Assembly: GCA_002269645.1 (NCBI GenBank)
Contig: NIVC01001020.1
Coordinates: 310,001 to 374,000 of the forward strand
Direction: 5' to 3'
Source of the DNA: Macrostomum lignano
Taxonomy: Eukaryota
Length of the DNA stretch: 64,000 bases
Part shown: positions 59,401-64,000 of the stretch, piece by piece
Numbering within the stretch: position 1 is the first letter of the stretch
Layout of the letters: each line of letters opens with the position of its first letter
Notes under the pieces: model-generated
Told to the model about the DNA's origin: nothing
The model's input: the letters and a program-made list of their open reading frames with translations, nothing else
Databases searched by the model: none
Position numbers and translations under genes: made by a program

Positions 59401-61558
59401 ATGAAAGGATCGACAAGCCTCTTTGGATGTAAACTGTACATGGAATTGAACATTCGTCTGTGGTTGAAATCGAATGTGTTTTGCTGAATTGAATGCAGAT
59501 TGCCGAAATTGAGCGCAAAATCTGCACGCGTCAATAAAGTTTACCCATAGACGAGCAGACAAGTTTGAGAAAAAATTGAATTGAATGCAGTTCGCTGAAT
59601 GTGGTTCGCTGATATGGAATGCGAGCATGCTTAAATTGAATGAAGATTTAGATGGCTAATTTAGATTGCCGATTTTGAATGCCAGCTTGATGAAATTGAA
59701 TGCGACTTTGGTTGAAATTGAATGAAAAAGGTGTAGTGTCCTTTCGTAGTCTCTGAATTTGCATTGATATTCAGAAAAAAAGAAATTTATATTGATTAAA
59801 AGACGCACCCATTTTGCAGCACCGGAAGCACTTGGTAGTTATGATATTGATTAGCCAGCTGCTCGCATGTCATGCCTTGGTGATCTTGATGACTTGGGTC
59901 TGCTCCTTCGTTTATCAGAACCTTGGCAGATAAAACATGGCCCGCTATGCACGCTCGAGACAGAGCCGTCCGACCTTGGCCATCTACAGCCCTCACAGAC
60001 GCACCGTGAAGCAGCAATTCATTGATGACGTCGTGCTGACCCGCATCTGCTGCCAGCATTAAAGCGGTTGCTCCTGTGCTATTCTGCTGATCGACATGCG
60101 TGTCGCTATAGTATTGGCTTCTGATTATCGTGAGTGCCAGTGCGACAAGACTGTGCGTGATGGACAGGCAGAGCAGTTGAGCGATGCGAACGGCATGCAT
60201 TTTAGACAGCGTATATCGTAAAACTGAATCGTCACCAGGAATCTCCAGGTGCTGAGAGAGCAGCTTCAGCAGTGGAGAGTTGCGGAGCAGCCAGTCAGCT
60301 GGAATGGCTGCCACCGCTTTTCCGTCCGAGCTTGAGGAATAAAATCGGAACTGACCCCGACTCCGGCTTTTGAAGCAGTGGACACAAGAAACTCGTTGAG
60401 TCTGCGGATATCCATCTTTTCTGCAACAGTCTCCGTCGCGGACCTCCAGTACTCGTCTTTCAGCAACATGCTGGAAGGAATATACTTGCCGACAGTCGCG
60501 ACAACATCCCAGTTTTTCGTATCTGCTGCAGCCCCTGCAGTTATCATGCAGCTACTTTCGAGAATGCTTTGATCGTCAATGATCTCAATGAAAGTTTTCA
60601 CTTCATTCCATTCGTTTCTGTCTGCAAGGATTTCTACTGCTTTCAGGCAGCACTGATCCCTCATGTTTTTGTCTTCAATGGTTAGAGCCAGAAAAACCAG
60701 ATCTTCGCACTGAGCAGATGAATGTGCTAAGTCTGCAAGCTTCATGCAGCACAGATACCTGCGACTGGGGTCAGCGATCAGCTCAACTAGAGACTTCGCG
60801 ATATCCCAACTGCCAGATAATACAAAGGATTCAGCAAAATCGATGCATTTTTTATCTCTAAGTGCTGGATTAGAAATATTTCTTAAAAGCGAAGTAGCTG
60901 CTTCCAAGCAATTGGATGCAGCAGATTGCTCTGCATAGGAGATGCAGAAAGAATCCCGGCCGTCCGAATCAGAAATCATCTGCCCAAGAGAGGCCACACA
61001 GTTCATATTGCCATGGCTGGACGCAGATTCTGCAGCGTCTATGCAGTATTGATCTTTGAGTTGCCTATCGCGAATTGTACCTGCTAGAAAAATAATGAGT
61101 TCATCGTTAAAAAGATCGTTATTTGCAAGTGCAGGAGCGTCTTCAAAAGTTTCGTCTGTTGTGCCAGCGTTTTCCGAAACGGCCTTTATGTAAGATGAAC
61201 AGAAGTCATCTCGCAGTTGTTCGTCAGAGATGCTTTGCACCAAAAAAGTCACAACATTCCAGTGCTGATTTCCTGCAGCGATCCAGGCTGCTTCCGCACA
61301 ACAACTATCTTTACTGCTTTTGTCGAAAAAGAATTCCATCAGAGCAGCGACAACTTCTCCGTGGCCATTGGCTGCTGCAGCTTTTGTCGCCTCCGTGCAA
61401 CACTTGTCCGAGCTGTCTCTGTCCGAAATCTTTTGCAAATATTTTTCCAGATCTTCTCTTGTACCACTGGCGGCGGCTTTGACTGCATTTTCTGCTGCAT
61501 TCTTCTCCAAAATATCTTCTATTTTGCTTTCCAGGAAGTTTCGAGCACGATTGAACAT
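56456..61558 (-). CDS. Ankyrin-repeat cGAS-like receptor (cGLR / Mab-21 nucleotidyltransferase); exons about 61558-59809, 58329-57989, 57828-56456; one frameshift near 60300
   Basis: About 10 degenerate 33-aa ankyrin-like repeats, then canonical ANK repeats (TALMLAADAGQHDVINELL, TALSRACIAGHVLSAKVL). Phase-2 splice (QNG|NRELSR). NTase motifs TGSYREG..SDID. Phase-1 splice (AGSG|SQPAM). Third acidic residue in EDICEAI. Mab-21 motifs HLV..ELRVSFSFHEK, LKYIFK, KTYHAKT and MPHFF. Confidence 0.85.
58810..59733. mobile_element. Foldback/MITE-like element (924 bp) with ~255-bp near-perfect TIRs and TA target duplication, in cGLR intron 1
   Basis: 58810-59068 is the reverse complement of about 59479-59733. 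TA lies at 58808-58809 and at 59734-59735. Confidence 0.88.
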
Positions 61559-62289
61559 AATTATATGCGTGAAAAACTCACTTGACGCAGTTTTCTTAAT
61601 TGGCAAGGTATTTCGTTGAAACCATTTATTTGCTGTGAATTCGAAGATTATCGTTTGTAATGCTTTAAACACTTACAGACTCGCTGTGCTTCGAGGGGGG
61701 TTGACAGAATTGATAAGTTAAGGCTTAGGGCATAAAATCCAGACCAGCTAGCTATCGGAAACAAAATTCCAGCAGTCTTAGTTAAAATAATAGTTATATA
61801 TATCGGCCAATCTTTTGCCCCTCCCCTCTCTCCACCAGTCTGCCACATGTAGTTAACTGGTGAGAGTTAGTGGAACCCGACTGCAGGAAATTCCGTGGAA
61901 ATTCCATGGCTAGTTCAACTACTGGAGAGATCGGTGGCTATGTTAAAGATAGTAGTGCCAGGGGTGATCAGGTGTCGCCTACTGAGAAAAAGAGAGATAA
62001 AGTTTGGGGCACGGACGGACAGGTAGAGGGGTGCACAGGTGGCAGTCCCAATTGCCTAACATTTACAAGCCTAGCCTCCACTTGAGCACTCATATATGAG
62101 GGAAACTATAGGTTTATGCAACTATAGGTTTATGCAAATACGTACTTGGAAGGTAGAAATCGATCGATCAGCGCATAGAACGAATAAAATAGTGGTGCTG
62201 CGGGTCCCTAAGTTAGACACAATCTGCTGCGTGGCACTGCAGGAAAAAAGCATTGCGGGTGTTGTGTCGTGACAAGGGAGCCCTTGAAA

Positions 62290-62611
62290 GGGGGCATCAC
62301 AAATCCGAAAAATCACAACTCCGAAAAGCGCTTTCCATCACAAGCCCGAAATATCATACGAGCGTAACTCCGAAATTGCTAGCAACGCACATCATATACC
62401 CGAAAAATCATAACTCTGAAATTTCTAGCAATGTCCAACACTATTTTGGTTTTCGGAGTTATGATATTTCGGGTTTGTGATATTTCGGGTTTGTGATATT
62501 TCGGGTTTTGTGATATTTCGGGTTTATGATATTTCGGGTTTATGATATTTCGGATTTATGATGGGAAGTGCATTCGGAGTTGTGATTTTTCGGGTTTATG
62601 ATGGCGACCCC
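62290..62611. mobile_element. Palindromic MITE-like element with ~65-bp TIRs and internal 16-17-bp tandem repeats (GATATTTCGGGTTT[G/A]T)
   Basis: CATCACAAATCCGAAAAATCACAACTCCGAA at the left pairs with TTCGGAGTTGTGATTTTTCGGGTTTATGATG at the right. TTAA follows the right end only. Confidence 0.65.
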
Positions 62612-64000
62612 TTAAAACGACCGTTTTACTAAATATCAAGCTTAGTTTGAATAGGGTTATTTTTCTTACTACTCTACTGTAAGTAGGCGTCAACGTAAAT
62701 GTTATGCAAATAATTAGTATTTTTTGCGTTGCCGAAATTATCGATCTTATAATAACTCATGCTTGAATGCAAATATAAGCGCAGCTTACTCGTCTTCCTA
62801 AGTGGAGCGCACCTTCCTCGAATTCTTGTTTGGCTAATTAATCGCGGCTTTCTGTGTTAGTCTATTGAGACACGACACCACAGCGGGCAGATGGTATAAC
62901 TCGAGCCCGAAGCGACCGAAAATCACAGTTGATGATGAGTTCGTTTGCGGTGAATCGAGAACCTTCGATGCAGCGACTCCCAAACCAGTCTGAGGCTGCT
63001 TTAGTAACCGAAGTGAACTCGATTTCTTATTTTCCCTTTCTATGTACTGGTGAGATCGCAGTGTTATTTTGACTGGTGTGGACATCCGGTTACAATACGA
63101 GTAATATTAGAACCATATGTTGGTAGGTGAAGCATCCATACGGATATTGGAGTAGAAAAAGAACCTGCTCTGAGGTGAAATACTTGCAAGCGTTGTATGT
63201 ACGTATCCAAATATTTATTGACTAATGACTGTAGGAACTGCTTTAAAATAGTGTGTTGCCAAAGAAGATATACATGTAGGTTAATTTTAAGTTTTACTTT
63301 TCACCCAATTTAATTGCTTAACCTAATAAACTTCCTTAACGCTTTTAAATCTTACTCAGTGTTCTTTTAACCTTTGCATGCAACCTATAACCTATGCATG
63401 TAATGTCACATGAAGACAAACTTTCGTTCAACTTTCAAGTTCAAGTTCAACTTCGAAACTTCTAGCTCTGTACATGTAAATCGACAATCATTTTAGACAA
63501 ACTCCTTTTAAATATCGACAGACCAGCACAGATTTGCATGAAGAAGAAAGCCTATATTTTTTTGGCATTGACAAAACTTCATTTTAGTTTTGTCAGACTC
63601 CAACTCATATCGACAATCTGCTGACGCAACTTCTATAAACTCGGATTCACTTTCGTCAAAACATTGATTCGTCTAAAATCGTCAATTTACGCTCACTTTA
63701 GCCAGGAGAACCTACGAAATGTGCTGGGACCCAAGCACAGCTGGAATAAAATAAAATAAAGTTACAAAAAACAAGAAATTCTACTGTTGAGTAAATAAAT
63801 ACTGTGGTAATCTTTTTTTTCAACACCTAAAAACTTACATTAAAAGTTTGAAGTTAAACAATTTTCACAATATTAGATTTAAAATCAAAATATTAATAAA
63901 TACCGTAATCAGCAAGAGTAATAAGCGAGAAATAGTAGAAGAATATATATCAGATAATCTCAGCTTTTTACAAATATATTACCATCCTTAAAGTTAGTTT

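Noticed and set aside
62834-63085. 83-aa ORF
   Set aside because: No domain or supporting splice structure.

Overview
Eukaryotic (metazoan) genomic DNA with GC-rich exons, short GT-AG introns and many simple repeats. The style suggests a free-living flatworm such as Macrostomum; this is inference and not verified. There is no prokaryotic operon, CRISPR array or rRNA. Host genes: a CCR4/nocturnin/Angel-type EEP phosphodiesterase (+, 1.5-3.0 kb); a receptor-type tyrosine pseudophosphatase with EGF-like, FN3-like, TM and two degenerate PTP domains (-, 3.6-8.3 kb); an LDLa/TM gene fragment; a PG-rich SHIPPO/STPG-repeat ciliary protein; three paralogous PAN/apple + F-type lectin genes (one intact, one with a 1-bp frameshift, one pseudogene); a non-canonical FHA protein; a disrupted fibrinogen-related gene; and a secreted WSC+PAN protein. 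The most notable gene is a spliced, ankyrin-repeat-fused cGAS-like receptor (Mab-21/cGLR nucleotidyltransferase) at 56.5-61.6 kb. The ORF track splits it into four pieces. Its catalytic motifs are intact and its splice phases match. Mobile DNA: a young integrase-only Ty3/Gypsy deletion derivative with a tRNA-Ser PBS; an apparently full-length 8.2-kb CACTA/EnSpm element with a TA target duplication; a hAT-like shell filled by about 2.8 kb of (GAAGA)n; P-element and Gypsy pol remnants; two copies of a tRNA-derived CORE-type SINE, one with its Pol III A-box amplified into a minisatellite of about 40 copies; and several MITE-like inverted repeats. Most long low-complexity ORFs in the track are artefacts of tandem repeats. 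All alignments were done by eye and no database searches were run.
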